A stretch of DNA of 64,000 bases, from positions 810 to 64,809 of the IMG/VR virus record IMGVR_UViG_3300037248_000049; one strand, written 5' to 3'. The notes under the pieces are model-generated. The model did no database searches and was not told where the DNA came from. It saw only the letters and a program-made list of their open reading frames with translations. Positions within the stretch are counted from its first letter, which is position 1. Every line of letters begins with the position of its first letter. This DNA comes from a virus (Duplodnaviria > Caudoviricetes). Of this stretch, positions 1-8,290 are shown piece after piece. A program made the translations under genes and the position numbers.

Positions 1-149
1 CGCCGCCGCCCCTCCTCATGCGGACCCAGCGACCGAAATTCCCGCAGATACTCGCCCTTCGCCGGCAGCCGTATCCGGTAATGCCGGTCGGGATGGTCGG
101 CAAAAAACGCCTCGTCCGCAGTCTCGACAACAGGAAACTCGTCACTCAT
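1..149 (-). CDS. Hypothetical phage protein, truncated at window edge (MSDEFPVVETADEAFFADHPDRHYRIRLP...)
   Basis: ATG at 149 overlaps the end of the upstream ORF; frame stays open to the window start. Confidence 0.6.
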   Translation of the reverse strand, partial: MSDEFPVVETADEAFFADHPDRHYRIRLPAKGEYLREFRSLGPHEEGRR

Positions 150-504
150 TCCGACACCGCGTCGTAGTAGCCTCGGGTTTGCTCGCATGATTTAGTCTGG
201 CCCTTTCCATAGCCAGATAAATATGACATACGATTGATCGTTCCGAATCGAAATCGCGGTTGAAACCGACCAGTTCATTTATGCCCGCTTCCATCATCGC
301 CGGGGCAATCTCTATCTCGCGGGTTGAGGTGGGCTCGCCCTTTGTTTCCATCTCATCCTCGACGTCATTCGCCATCCCCGTCAGCAGCCGCGCCATCTCG
401 CGGTCCTCGGAAACCAGCAGAACCGCAAGGGCCCGCATGATCGCAACCTGATTTGACAGCATCAACTCAGTCACTTCCGCTCCAATCTCCGCTTCGCACG
501 CCAC
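142..504 (-). CDS. Hypothetical protein
   Basis: 120-aa ORF with protein-like composition, in an operon with neighbours. Confidence 0.6.
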   Translation of the reverse strand: MACEAEIGAEVTELMLSNQVAIMRALAVLLVSEDREMARLLTGMANDVEDEMETKGEPTSTREIEIAPAMMEAGINELVGFNRDFDSERSIVCHIYLAMERARLNHASKPEATTTRCRNE

Positions 505-716
505 CGCTTCATATACGCCCGCTGGTAGGCGTTGCGATCAAATTTCGGCCTCGACGAATCGGCCCCAGCCGTTACGACCGGGGCCTCCGCGTTATTCTCC
601 CCAGTTGCGGGTCTATCGGGCACCACCCCCTCTCGCGGCCCAGAGCTTTCGTCCCAGATATGCGGCCCGCCAAGCGCATGCCGACGCCCGCACACCCGGC
701 ATTTCTGCAATTGCAT
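471..716 (-). CDS. Small hypothetical protein (CxxC..H N-terminus, basic C-terminus)
   Basis: KCRVCGRRH motif and DRNAYQRAYMKRWR basic helix. Confidence 0.55.
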   Translation of the reverse strand: MQLQKCRVCGRRHALGGPHIWDESSGPREGVVPDRPATGENNAEAPVVTAGADSSRPKFDRNAYQRAYMKRWRAKRRLERK

Positions 717-753
717 GCGTTAGTCTAACGCGTCCGCGATCGTTAGTCTAACA
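717..753. promoter_or_regulatory. Two palindromic GTTAGTCTAAC sites (operator-like)
   Basis: GCGTTAGTCTAACGC at 717-731 and CGTTAGTCTAAC at 741-752, immediately upstream of the 716 ATG. Confidence 0.55.
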
Positions 754-1008
754 AATCGAGAATTTTCTGGGGGCGACGTGTGGGGTGCGTAACGAATAAT
801 CACAGCGTAGCGTCCCGACGGGGTGGCCGCCTACAACCCTCCCGTGCACGACCATCGGGAGCTTGTGCAGTGCGATTTTCCATAATGGACCTTACGCGCC
901 ATCGGGTGTTGCGCGATATCAATACGTTAGAGGCTTGCGATCGGGTTGTGCTATTGAAATCGCGGTTGAAACACAACATGTTGATCCTAAGCGGTCCATA
1001 AGTGAACC

Positions 1009-1497
1009 ATGAGATCGTCGGCGTATAACCTCGACATCGGAGCCTTGCTACGGCGATTAGGCCAGAGCAGCTCTGCCCGCGCGCGTCGTCGTTCTGTTTC
1101 CCCGCTGTTTAAGCGGCTTGATGCGAGCGTACCACTTGTGGACCGCGTAGCTCGGGTGTTGCTACCTTGGCGAGTTTACGAATATCCGGGTCCGATGCCT
1201 GTGTTGCAGGTGCTGATCGGGTTGCAATCGAAGGGCACGCTTGCGCGGTGGCGGCGTTATGGGATGACGGCGGAGGCTGCGTCGCGGGCTGCTCGGTTCC
1301 TTGAGGGTCGCGTAGCGGTCGAGATGGCGTTGGTGGCCGAGTTGGACGCGTATGCGGCGAAGCGGGCAACCGAGCGTCAACCGCGATATTTTGCGCGGAT
1401 GCCGGTGGACGAGCGTCGGCGGTTGGCTGCGATGGCGCGTGCGAAGCGTGAGGCGGCGAATCGGGCGAGCCGGTCATCCGGGGAAGAGGAGCTCTGA
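1009..1497 (+). CDS. Hypothetical protein
   Basis: 162-aa ORF with ATG start; atypical GT-rich composition. Confidence 0.4.
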   Translation: MRSSAYNLDIGALLRRLGQSSSARARRRSVSPLFKRLDASVPLVDRVARVLLPWRVYEYPGPMPVLQVLIGLQSKGTLARWRRYGMTAEAASRAARFLEGRVAVEMALVAELDAYAAKRATERQPRYFARMPVDERRRLAAMARAKREAANRASRSSGEEEL

Positions 1498-1890
1498 CAG
1501 CCCGTTCGATACGCTGACACGGGCCTACCACGCGAGGGGCGTGCGTCCTCGTCCTTGGTTGACTCGCACCGATGTCCCTCCCGCGCCTGATCAGCCTTGC
1601 GAGACTGTCTTCCCCTGCCGTATAGCCGCAGTCGCTGGGGGCACGCTTCGCGCCTCCGTGTTTACCCGCTCGTTTTCCGTACCGAGGCTTGTGCTTTGTC
1701 AGCCCGGCTCGACGAGCGCCGGGTCCGGCCGTTCGAACGGCTACGACAGCGGCAAGCTGCAGGCAGAGGGAAGGCGTCGTTTCTGGTTCGTCCGTACGAT
1801 CGCGGCTTTCGGCCTCGACCACGGTTGCGGGCTCGTCGCCAATCCGTTCATGCCGATGCTCGTAGCCAATCCGCCACGCCCGGTCAAGCA
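1495..1890 (-). ncRNA. Candidate structured ncRNA
   Basis: No credible ORF; many hairpins, several with G-U pairs or GAAA/GCAA-containing loops on the minus strand. Confidence 0.3.
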
Positions 1891-1899
1891 TCCAATAAA

Positions 1900-1952
1900 A
1901 TACGCGTCACGCTCATTTTGTGATTGACAGAGATACGCGTCGCGCCTATGTT
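1900..1952 (+). promoter_or_regulatory. Sigma70 promoter with two ATACGCGTC(A/G)CGC operator repeats
   Basis: TTGACA (1924-1929), 17 nt, TATGTT (1947-1952); repeats at about 1900 and 1933, the second inside the spacer. Confidence 0.7.
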
Positions 1953-1979
1953 GGGTTTGTTGTGAGAGGAGAAAGCGCA

Positions 1980-2159
1980 ATGACATTGGATGAAGCGAAG
2001 GCGATTGCCCGTGCGCCGTCTCGGCATTCCGTCACCGATGTAACCAAGGCTTTCTTCGCGCTGACCGCGGCGTGGGAAGTCATGCCGGAAGGCTCACGCA
2101 CCAGCGAAGCACTCTACAAGCTGCGCATCAAAGCCGCTCGGCGGATCATAAAAGGGTGA
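1980..2159 (+). CDS. Small hypothetical protein
   Basis: AGGAG RBS, ATG at 1980, directly behind the promoter. Confidence 0.65.
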   Translation: MTLDEAKAIARAPSRHSVTDVTKAFFALTAAWEVMPEGSRTSEALYKLRIKAARRIIKG

Positions 2160-2176
2160 GGAGTGAAGCTAACGAC

Positions 2177-2344
2177 ATGACGCCCATCGAATTCCGCGAG
2201 GCATTGAAGGCGCTGGGAATCACTCAGCGCTCTCTCGCGTCCACGCTCGGGGTCGCCGTCACGACCGTCAACCGATGGGCGCGCGGGCTCGCTCCAGTCC
2301 CGCAATATGCCGTGGCATACCTGGAGCTGCTGCGCCGGACTTAG
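2177..2344 (+). CDS. XRE-family HTH regulator
   Basis: MTPIEFREALKALGITQRSLASTLGVAVTTVNRWARG; GAGGAG RBS. Confidence 0.85.
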   Translation: MTPIEFREALKALGITQRSLASTLGVAVTTVNRWARGLAPVPQYAVAYLELLRRT

Positions 2345-2380
2345 GTCCTGCCTGAGCCGATGCGCCGAGGATAACCACCA

Positions 2381-2578
2381 TCACGCCACACCCTTCGGCT
2401 CGCGGCATCCCGCGCACGTCGGCTTGCTGTTGCTCTTCCAATACGACACCGTCGGGTCGCGCTTGCCGCACAGCGCGCAGTACGCCATCCGGTTTGCCGC
2501 GCTCAGCGGATAATGGCCGGAGAACGGCATCGTGACGCCCGGCGGCACCGCGCGGGGCGGACCTTCGTCAAACCTCAT
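2381..2578 (-). CDS. Small zinc-finger-like protein
   Basis: Two CxxC pairs (CALC, CAGC). Confidence 0.5.
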   Translation of the reverse strand: MRFDEGPPRAVPPGVTMPFSGHYPLSAANRMAYCALCGKRDPTVSYWKSNSKPTCAGCREPKGVA

Positions 2579-2791
2579 TCCGCCTTCCTGTCGCTCGCGT
2601 CACAATTCCCGCTGAGCCCCCGTAGCGCACCGGAAGGGCATTCCCGCCCCCGAGCACCACCCCACGCCCTTTCGCGCATCCTGACCCCCTCAGCGCGGCC
2701 CGTATTCGATTCTGAACGGCTTCCGTGGGGCGGGTAGGCGCATTGCTCCAAGCCGGGTTGCACGAATTCGAGGCTCGGCCCACGCCATCAG

Positions 2792-3103
2792 CTAAACCGG
2801 GCGCGCGAGAAAACTGCGTGATGTAATTTCCCGCACAAGCGGCTGATCTGGGTAATGCGCGGCCCGCAACAGCTCGGAGTAGGTGAGCGCAGGCTCAACT
2901 TTGCAGCTCATTCCTTCGTTCAGCTTGATCAAGCTCTGTAGCGAGGGCGCCACCGCATCGTACGCAAGTTGCGGGTCTCGGTTGGCGACATAGAGACCGT
3001 ACACGTCTGACGACGTGTACGCATGTAAGCCATCTATGAATCGATAGGTGACCCGAATTACGCCCACGGCAGCCGCCGCCAGCAACACCGAGGCGTCGCT
3101 CAT
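2792..3103 (-). CDS. HicB-like / DUF1902-like protein
   Basis: YTSSDVYGLYVANRDPQLAYDAV resembles the HicB partial RNase H fold. Confidence 0.45.
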   Translation of the reverse strand: MSDASVLLAAAAVGVIRVTYRFIDGLHAYTSSDVYGLYVANRDPQLAYDAVAPSLQSLIKLNEGMSCKVEPALTYSELLRAAHYPDQPLVREITSRSFLARPV

Positions 3104-3507
3104 TTTGGCGGAGACTTTGCAGGCTGCGGCGCAACCGACTGCGGCCCGTGCGGGCTCAGCGCCGCGATGCGCTGGTTCGCCGCCGCTAGCTGCTGGTTGA
3201 GGCTTGTGGCCCGCGCTTGGCTGTTCGCCAGCTGTTGCCGCAGGTCGCTCAGTTGCCGCGCCACCGCGTCGGGCGGCGTGACGCTCGCCTGCGGCTTCGG
3301 CGCGTCCTTCTGCGCTTCGAGGCTCGCAATTCGCGCCTGCAGCCGGATGATCGCCTCCTCGTAATTGTCGCGCTGGCCGAACAGGTAGGCGATCAGCCGC
3401 TGGTCCGGCGACTGCTGCTGCGCCGGCGGCTGCGGGGTCGGCGATTGGGCATGGGCCGCGCCGCCCAACAGGATCAGCGCGGCAGCGGCTAGCGACAGGT
3501 TACGCAT
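3100..3507 (-). CDS. Exported coiled-coil protein
   Basis: Signal peptide ending AHA-Q; Gln-rich heptads. Confidence 0.75.
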   Translation of the reverse strand: MRNLSLAAAALILLGGAAHAQSPTPQPPAQQQSPDQRLIAYLFGQRDNYEEAIIRLQARIASLEAQKDAPKPQASVTPPDAVARQLSDLRQQLANSQARATSLNQQLAAANQRIAALSPHGPQSVAPQPAKSPPK

Positions 3508-3821
3508 TTACATTTTGCTCCATTGCCGTTGCGACAGCCTTGTCAAACAAGGCGTAAACTTCCTCGACAGTGCGGCCGGGCTGGTCATTCCAATCAAAAG
3601 GTGGGTAACAGTCAACATGCGCACCTAAGATGTCGATAAAGTTAGCCCAACGATTACCTGCCACACTTTTTCATGGCACCCATAATGCACCGTGGGCCAC
3701 CATCCACGCCGAAGCCATCCTGCGTCCATCCGTGAATTTCGATGTATCGTTTTGCCGCCAGCAAATCAGCGGCGGTTTGGTTCAGTTGGGTTTGGTTCAG
3801 TTGTGTTCCGTCAAACGGCAT
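3500..3821 (-). pseudogene. Frameshifted DUF6197-like phage protein
   Basis: N-half (YIEIHGWTQ..GPRCIMGA) and C-half (FDWNDQPGRTVEEVYALFDKA) are in different frames, joined by deleting one base from the T5 run at 3667-3671. Confidence 0.6.
3774..3803. repeat. 15-bp perfect tandem duplication
   Basis: GGTTTGGTTCAGTTG twice (encodes QLNQT twice on the minus strand). Confidence 0.9.
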
Positions 3822-3845
3822 CGACACTCTCCTCTTCGGCTTCAA

Positions 3846-4628
3846 TCATCGCCACGGCTCCCCGGCGATCGTGTCGGGCAAGCAGTCGGCAACCGATCGT
3901 AAAACAGGCTCTCCAGCGGTCGGCGGCGCTTTCGGCCAGCACAATTCCGGATGCGCAGCGCGCCATGCAGCGGCCTCTGCCCATCGTGCATCACGCTCCG
4001 CAACCAAGCGCTTCGTCTCGCTGTAATCGACCGGCTCAGCTCGGCGCATCGGTTTCATTTTGAGTGCAGCCAGCATGTCTTTCCGTGGCCCCGCCAATTC
4101 CTCTGTCGCATCGAGAAGCTCATCCAATGCCGGCCAAAAACGATAACGCCGGCGACATGCAGCGACCACCACGTCATCGGGATATCGCCCCAGCTCGTCC
4201 GCATAAGCGGCCAGCACGACGTCGAGATTTTCCTGACCAACTGCCCGGCTGATCGTCACCGCCCGCAAGCGCGCCAACTCGCGCCGAAGAGTCGCTGCCG
4301 AGCATGGTCGCAACGAATGCTCGACCAACGCTACCGCTTCGGCAACCTCGGCTTTCGTCGCGGTGTCGGCGACCCGCAAGACGACACGCTCGTCATACCC
4401 ATATTCGCCAATGCTATACGTCCCCTGGGACACGAATTCGACTGACGGCGGCAAGGATGCTTTCAGGCTCGTATCGACCTCGGCCGGCGTCTGCAGATTT
4501 CGGCGATCGAGCGAAGTCGGCAGCGTTCTGCACCCAGTTACGCCATGCAGCTCGCCAGTCCGCGAAACGACTGGCGTGCTTGAGGTGGTAGTCGCGGAAC
4601 CGCTCGCCGTGCTCGGCAATCCATCCAT
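3846..4628 (-). CDS. Replication accessory / helicase-loader-like protein (start uncertain)
   Basis: AYADELGRYPDDVVVAACRRRYRFWPALDEL motif typical of genes downstream of phage initiators. Confidence 0.6.
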   Translation of the reverse strand: MDGLPSTASGSATTTSSTPVVSRTGELHGVTGCRTLPTSLDRRNLQTPAEVDTSLKASLPPSVEFVSQGTYSIGEYGYDERVVLRVADTATKAEVAEAVALVEHSLRPCSAATLRRELARLRAVTISRAVGQENLDVVLAAYADELGRYPDDVVVAACRRRYRFWPALDELLDATEELAGPRKDMLAALKMKPMRRAEPVDYSETKRLVAERDARWAEAAAWRAAHPELCWPKAPPTAGEPVLRSVADCLPDTIAGEPWR

Positions 4629-5208
4629 CGTCGTATCCCTTGGATTTCGCATAGGTGACTTCGTACTCGCCTGGCTCCCAAGCCTCGGCTATCGAAAAAG
4701 CTGGGTTTTTCCTCTCGCGGGGAAGCTCTCCCGAAGGGAGAGAAGGGGAATCTTTCTTCTTGGGTAAGGGTAAGGGTATAGGGGTAGAAGGGCCCCCGTT
4801 ATCCGGAGCGGATAAGGGTTGAGGATTTACCGCAATGTTATCAGGTTGTTGCAGTAGCTTCGGATTGCCGCCTTTTTTACCGTTTTTTACGGCTAAAACT
4901 CGCGCCCTCTCGTCGCGAACCATTCTGCGGTTATAAATCCGCCCCTTTCGATCGCGCGAAAAAACGTGGTTTTCTTCAAGCTCGGCGAGCAACGGCATTA
5001 TCTCAATTTCGTTCTTTCCGACCAGGTCGGACAACTCTAGCGGTGAAAGGGCGCGTCCATTTGCGGACACATAGCCGATGGGCTCGGAGCGTGCCGCGAG
5101 ACTTAGCATTCGCATCCACAACCCCTGCGCACCAAGGCTGCACAATCGTAAGCCAAGGTCATTCTCCCAGTCATTCCAATACCAGCGCGTAGACGGATTC
5201 GACGCCAC
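4414..5208 (-). CDS. Phage replication initiator (DUF1376/YdaU-like N-terminus)
   Basis: WYWNDWENDLGLRLCSLGAQGLWMRML, NRRMVRD, GKKGGNP, and C-terminal DWRAAWRNWV. Confidence 0.8.
   Translation of the reverse strand: MASNPSTRWYWNDWENDLGLRLCSLGAQGLWMRMLSLAARSEPIGYVSANGRALSPLELSDLVGKNEIEIMPLLAELEENHVFSRDRKGRIYNRRMVRDERARVLAVKNGKKGGNPKLLQQPDNIAVNPQPLSAPDNGGPSTPIPLPLPKKKDSPSLPSGELPRERKNPAFSIAEAWEPGEYEVTYAKSKGYDDGWIAEHGERFRDYHLKHASRFADWRAAWRNWVQNAADFARSPKSADAGRGRYEPESILAAVSRIRVPGDV
4760..4895. other. Possible replication origin inside the initiator gene
   Basis: GGGTAA/GGGTA repeats, repeated GTTATC/GATAAG words and T-tracts in the linker-coding region, as in lambda O. Confidence 0.35.
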
Positions 5209-5233
5209 TCCAAAGTTTCCCTCACGAGGCTCG

Positions 5234-5671
5234 TCACACCGCCATCGCGAACTGCTCGGGATGCTCGATCCGCTGGCGCAGCATGGCGACCCGATGCGCC
5301 AATACCCAGTCCTCGCGGCACAGCTGCTCGACTCTGCGAATCGCAAGCATGACCGTCGTGTGGTCGCGATTGCCGAAGTACCGGCCGAGCTCCGGGAGCG
5401 AGTGCTCCGTCAGATGGCGCGCCAGGTACATCGCCACCTGCCGAGGACGGGCCACCGCCCGCGCCCGCCGGCTCGACCGCATGTCAATGAGCGCAATGCC
5501 GAAATGCGCGGCGACATGGCGCTGGATCATGGCGACACGGCCTGTCGGGTCGGCGGCGCGCATCGCACGGATTACGGCGGCCTCGTGCTCCGTCAACTCC
5601 CATACCGTGCGCGGCACGTCCCAATCCGGCAGCTCGTGCTTGACCGGGGTGGCAATGTGCGGGTAGGTCAT
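5234..5671 (-). CDS. DnaA C-terminal (domain IV) HTH protein
   Basis: SSRRARAVARPRQVAMYLARHLTEHSLPELGRYFGNRDHTTVMLAIRRV. Confidence 0.9.
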   Translation of the reverse strand: MTYPHIATPVKHELPDWDVPRTVWELTEHEAAVIRAMRAADPTGRVAMIQRHVAAHFGIALIDMRSSRRARAVARPRQVAMYLARHLTEHSLPELGRYFGNRDHTTVMLAIRRVEQLCREDWVLAHRVAMLRQRIEHPEQFAMAV

Positions 5672-5892
5672 TCCATCTCCCTCTCCAGCGCGTTAGGCCA
5701 GTCCCACTCGCCGGGCGCCGACAGTAGCCGAGGCCCGTCCTGCAATGCCGTGATCGCGGCGGCGCACGTCATCATCCCGCACCGCGCCACCGTAACCGAG
5801 CGGCCGAGCCGCACCGTCCGCTCGCGCTCCATGTAGCGGTTGAACCGCTTCTCGATGTCGAGCGCGCGCCACACGGAAACGCCGTCGCTCAC
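5668..5892 (-). CDS. Hypothetical protein
   Basis: GTGA/ATGA coupling on both sides. Confidence 0.5.
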   Translation of the reverse strand: MSDGVSVWRALDIEKRFNRYMERERTVRLGRSVTVARCGMMTCAAAITALQDGPRLLSAPGEWDWPNALEREME

Positions 5893-6077
5893 GGCAGGAG
5901 GCTCAGCGGTTCGCTCTGCTCGATCCGCAGCAAGGTCGCGAGCACCGCTTCCATCGCCACCAGCTCGAATATCGCGTCGCCCTGCGTCATCTTCGACCGG
6001 CGCACCAAGCCCGGATAGACGACCTTGCGCATCCGAATTTCGCGCCGCACGCACGCGATTTGCTGCCCGATGGTCAT
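5889..6077 (-). CDS. Small conserved-type phage protein
   Basis: QIACVRREIRMRKVVYP motif; coupled overlaps. Confidence 0.7.
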   Translation of the reverse strand: MTIGQQIACVRREIRMRKVVYPGLVRRSKMTQGDAIFELVAMEAVLATLLRIEQSEPLSLLP

Positions 6078-6778
6078 AGCAACACCTGCTGTTTGGGCTT
6101 TTCGTAGATGTCGCGGATCAGGTCGCCTTGGCGATAAACTTGCTCAATACGGGACAGGCCAATCTCAAACCATCGTTGATCGATTTCGATGCCGATAAAT
6201 GCCCGTCCCTCTCGCATGCACGCAAGAGCAGTCGTTGCTGATCCCATATACGGGTCAACTACAGTCTGTGCCGACGTAAAGCCAATTGACCATTGCATCA
6301 CGGCTATGGGCTTTTGCATCGGATGAACTCGGGACTCACCGTGCTCGCCGGCCTTACAAATGCCGTTCCACATGTAGCGGAACAGGCGAGCCGCGCCCGG
6401 CAAACTGCACCACGCCAACTCGCAATCGGCGAAGCTGTTGCTGTCCATACCGTCGCGCTTATCCCACACGAGCCATCGCGAAGAAGCGGGGAGTTGGTCA
6501 GCGAAATGATTCGCTCCCCAAATCACGGCTTCGCGGAAGGAAAGCATTGAAGATGGGTCTATGCCGTCCTTATCGCCAACAACAGCAACTCGCCCGTGCC
6601 GTCGCGCAGGCGCCTTGCGATCGGAAGGGAACCCCGCACCTTTGCCGCTATGCCGATACCCAATTCCATAAGGAGGATCGGCAACGACAGCACTAGAATG
6701 GTCAAGAGTGGGCAGCACGTCGCGACAATCCCCGAGCCACAGCTCGCAATCGCCGATGACCTCGCGCCGGGGCGTCAT
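6074..6778 (-). CDS. DNA N4/N6-methyltransferase (beta class)
   Basis: DPPYG catalytic motif, HPMQKP, VVDPYMGSATT SAM-binding motif, FIGIEID. Confidence 0.92.
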   Translation of the reverse strand: MTPRREVIGDCELWLGDCRDVLPTLDHSSAVVADPPYGIGYRHSGKGAGFPSDRKAPARRHGRVAVVGDKDGIDPSSMLSFREAVIWGANHFADQLPASSRWLVWDKRDGMDSNSFADCELAWCSLPGAARLFRYMWNGICKAGEHGESRVHPMQKPIAVMQWSIGFTSAQTVVDPYMGSATTALACMREGRAFIGIEIDQRWFEIGLSRIEQVYRQGDLIRDIYEKPKQQVLL

Positions 6779-6942
6779 GCGTGCCCTGCCACGCTGATGT
6801 TCATCGATTCAAAAAGTTTCGTAAGTCTCAGATAGGATGCGGCGGCCAATGTAAGTTCAAGCGCAGCAGCCGCGTCTCCGGCCTTCGACGCACGTTGCGC
6901 GCCTACTAACAGACGGCGGGCGGTTGTGAGGTGATCAGTCAC
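6775..6942 (-). CDS. Small hypothetical protein
   Basis: GTGA coupling. Confidence 0.45.
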   Translation of the reverse strand: MTDHLTTARRLLVGAQRASKAGDAAAALELTLAAASYLRLTKLFESMNISVAGHA

Positions 6943-7301
6943 GCCGACCTCGCAATCCGCGTCGGGATGCGCCAGTCGAGCAGCGCGTTCTCGACATCCT
7001 CGATCGACCGGCACACCCGCACCCGAGCGCCGGCATTTTGCAGCGCCGGGATCGTCTCCCTTTGCGCCGCGCTCAGAATGCCCGTACGCGGCACCTTTAG
7101 CTCGATGAAGTAGGCCAACCCATTGGAAATCAGCAAAATATCCGGCGTGCCGCTTCGGTACCCAAGCCCTTTAAGGATCGCGCCGCGCACCTTCCCGCCG
7201 CCGCCGGCCGGTACGGAAGTGAAAAACACTTCGGGCGGCAGCGCGGCGTTAAGCAACACGGCGACAGACCGATGAAGCGTTTGTTCGGGATGGGCGCGCA
7301 T
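6939..7301 (-). CDS. VRR-NUC domain nuclease
   Basis: GYRSGTPDILL..FIELK..LSAAQ. Confidence 0.88.
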   Translation of the reverse strand: MRAHPEQTLHRSVAVLLNAALPPEVFFTSVPAGGGGKVRGAILKGLGYRSGTPDILLISNGLAYFIELKVPRTGILSAAQRETIPALQNAGARVRVCRSIEDVENALLDWRIPTRIARSA

Positions 7302-7334
7302 CGCTACGGTTGTCTCAATACACCTGTTTCGGAA

Positions 7335-7360
7335 TTAACCTTTGTTAACAACGCGTTAAC
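7335..7360. promoter_or_regulatory. CtrA-type binding site
   Basis: TTAA-CAACGCG-TTAAC at 7345-7360 matches TTAA-N7-TTAAC; a third TTAAC half-site at 7335; AT-rich intergenic gap. Confidence 0.7.
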
Positions 7361-7465
7361 GAAATTTTGACGTTGACAGGACGACTTTTTGCGTGATTAG
7401 CTCGTCCCACAGCACAACCGAAAGAAAGTGCGGGGCATGCACGCATCTTTGCGCGACCGATTCGG

Positions 7466-7690
7466 TCATGTCTGATCAGCCTTTCCGAAAAGAGCTTGGC
7501 GGGCGGCCTTCGCCCCTAACGCGGCCCTTAGCTTTTTGTAAAGTCGCAAGTCGTCCGCCGTCATCTCCGGGAGCGGCCCTCCATAAGCCAGCACTCGCGC
7601 TTTCGCCACGTTTGCCCGGTAGACCTCGGGCTGCGCTGCTGCCCGAGCCCGCGCCGCAGCCCGATACCGCGCTGTCGTCTCGCTCATCAC
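7466..7690 (-). CDS. Hypothetical protein
   Basis: GTGA coupling to the upstream gene. Confidence 0.55.
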   Translation of the reverse strand: MMSETTARYRAAARARAAAQPEVYRANVAKARVLAYGGPLPEMTADDLRLYKKLRAALGAKAARQALFGKADQT

Positions 7691-8076
7691 GATTTCCTCG
7701 CGGGGTCGATGGGGACGACGTTGCCCGCAACGCTCCAGGGGCGCAGAGCGACAGCGCCCGCGAGGAACACCAGCGCCGCCAGCAGCAGCGCGAAGCTCGA
7801 CGGCTCAGGGACGGCGACGGCCGCAGCGCCAACACCGGCACCGGCAGAACCGCCGCCGCCTCCCCCGAGCCCAATGGTAGGCCACCAGGCCCAAGCTACT
7901 CCTCCGGCTCCGGCGAGCGGGCCGGCGACGCACACCCACACCCATGCGCCACGCCTTCCCTGAACCCCACGCAGTACGCGGCGATGGCGAAACACAGAAG
8001 GAAGGTGACTGTGCCGAGTAGCGTGATAGCCGATAGCCAAACGAGCATGTGGCCTCCAAAGCCATCCGCAGATCAC
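7687..8076 (-). CDS. PEP-CTERM sorting-domain protein
   Basis: VPEPSSFALLLAALVFLAGAVALR; GTG start overlaps the cro stop. Confidence 0.75.
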   Translation of the reverse strand: MICGWLWRPHARLAIGYHATRHSHLPSVFRHRRVLRGVQGRRGAWVWVCVAGPLAGAGGVAWAWWPTIGLGGGGGGSAGAGVGAAAVAVPEPSSFALLLAALVFLAGAVALRPWSVAGNVVPIDPARKS

Positions 8077-8282
8077 GACGCGGCGTCCTCCATCGGCAGC
8101 TTCCAAACGTCCGGGCGGATTTCGTGAAGAGGAATGCCCAGCGCGGCGTTAATTTTCAGCGCGCGCTTGACCGGCACGCGGTTGACCGCCTTCCAATAGT
8201 TAACGGTCGTGCGGTCTACGCCGGCAACCTTGCCTAGCTTTGCCGTGCCGCCAGCCAACTCGATAAGCTCGTCAATCTCCAT
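8073..8282 (-). CDS. cro: Cro/YdaS-like repressor
   Basis: GGTAKLGKVAGVDRTTVNYWK..RVP..IRPDVW; divergent from cI. Confidence 0.88.
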   Translation of the reverse strand: MEIDELIELAGGTAKLGKVAGVDRTTVNYWKAVNRVPVKRALKINAALGIPLHEIRPDVWKLPMEDAAS

Positions 8283-8290
8283 GCCGAAAG

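Noticed and set aside
7897-8049. Alternative small TM ORF (MLVWLSAITLLG...) inside the PEP-CTERM gene
   Set aside because: It overlaps the frame that is coupled to cro and carries the PEP-CTERM motif; it cannot be supported independently, though it is not excluded.
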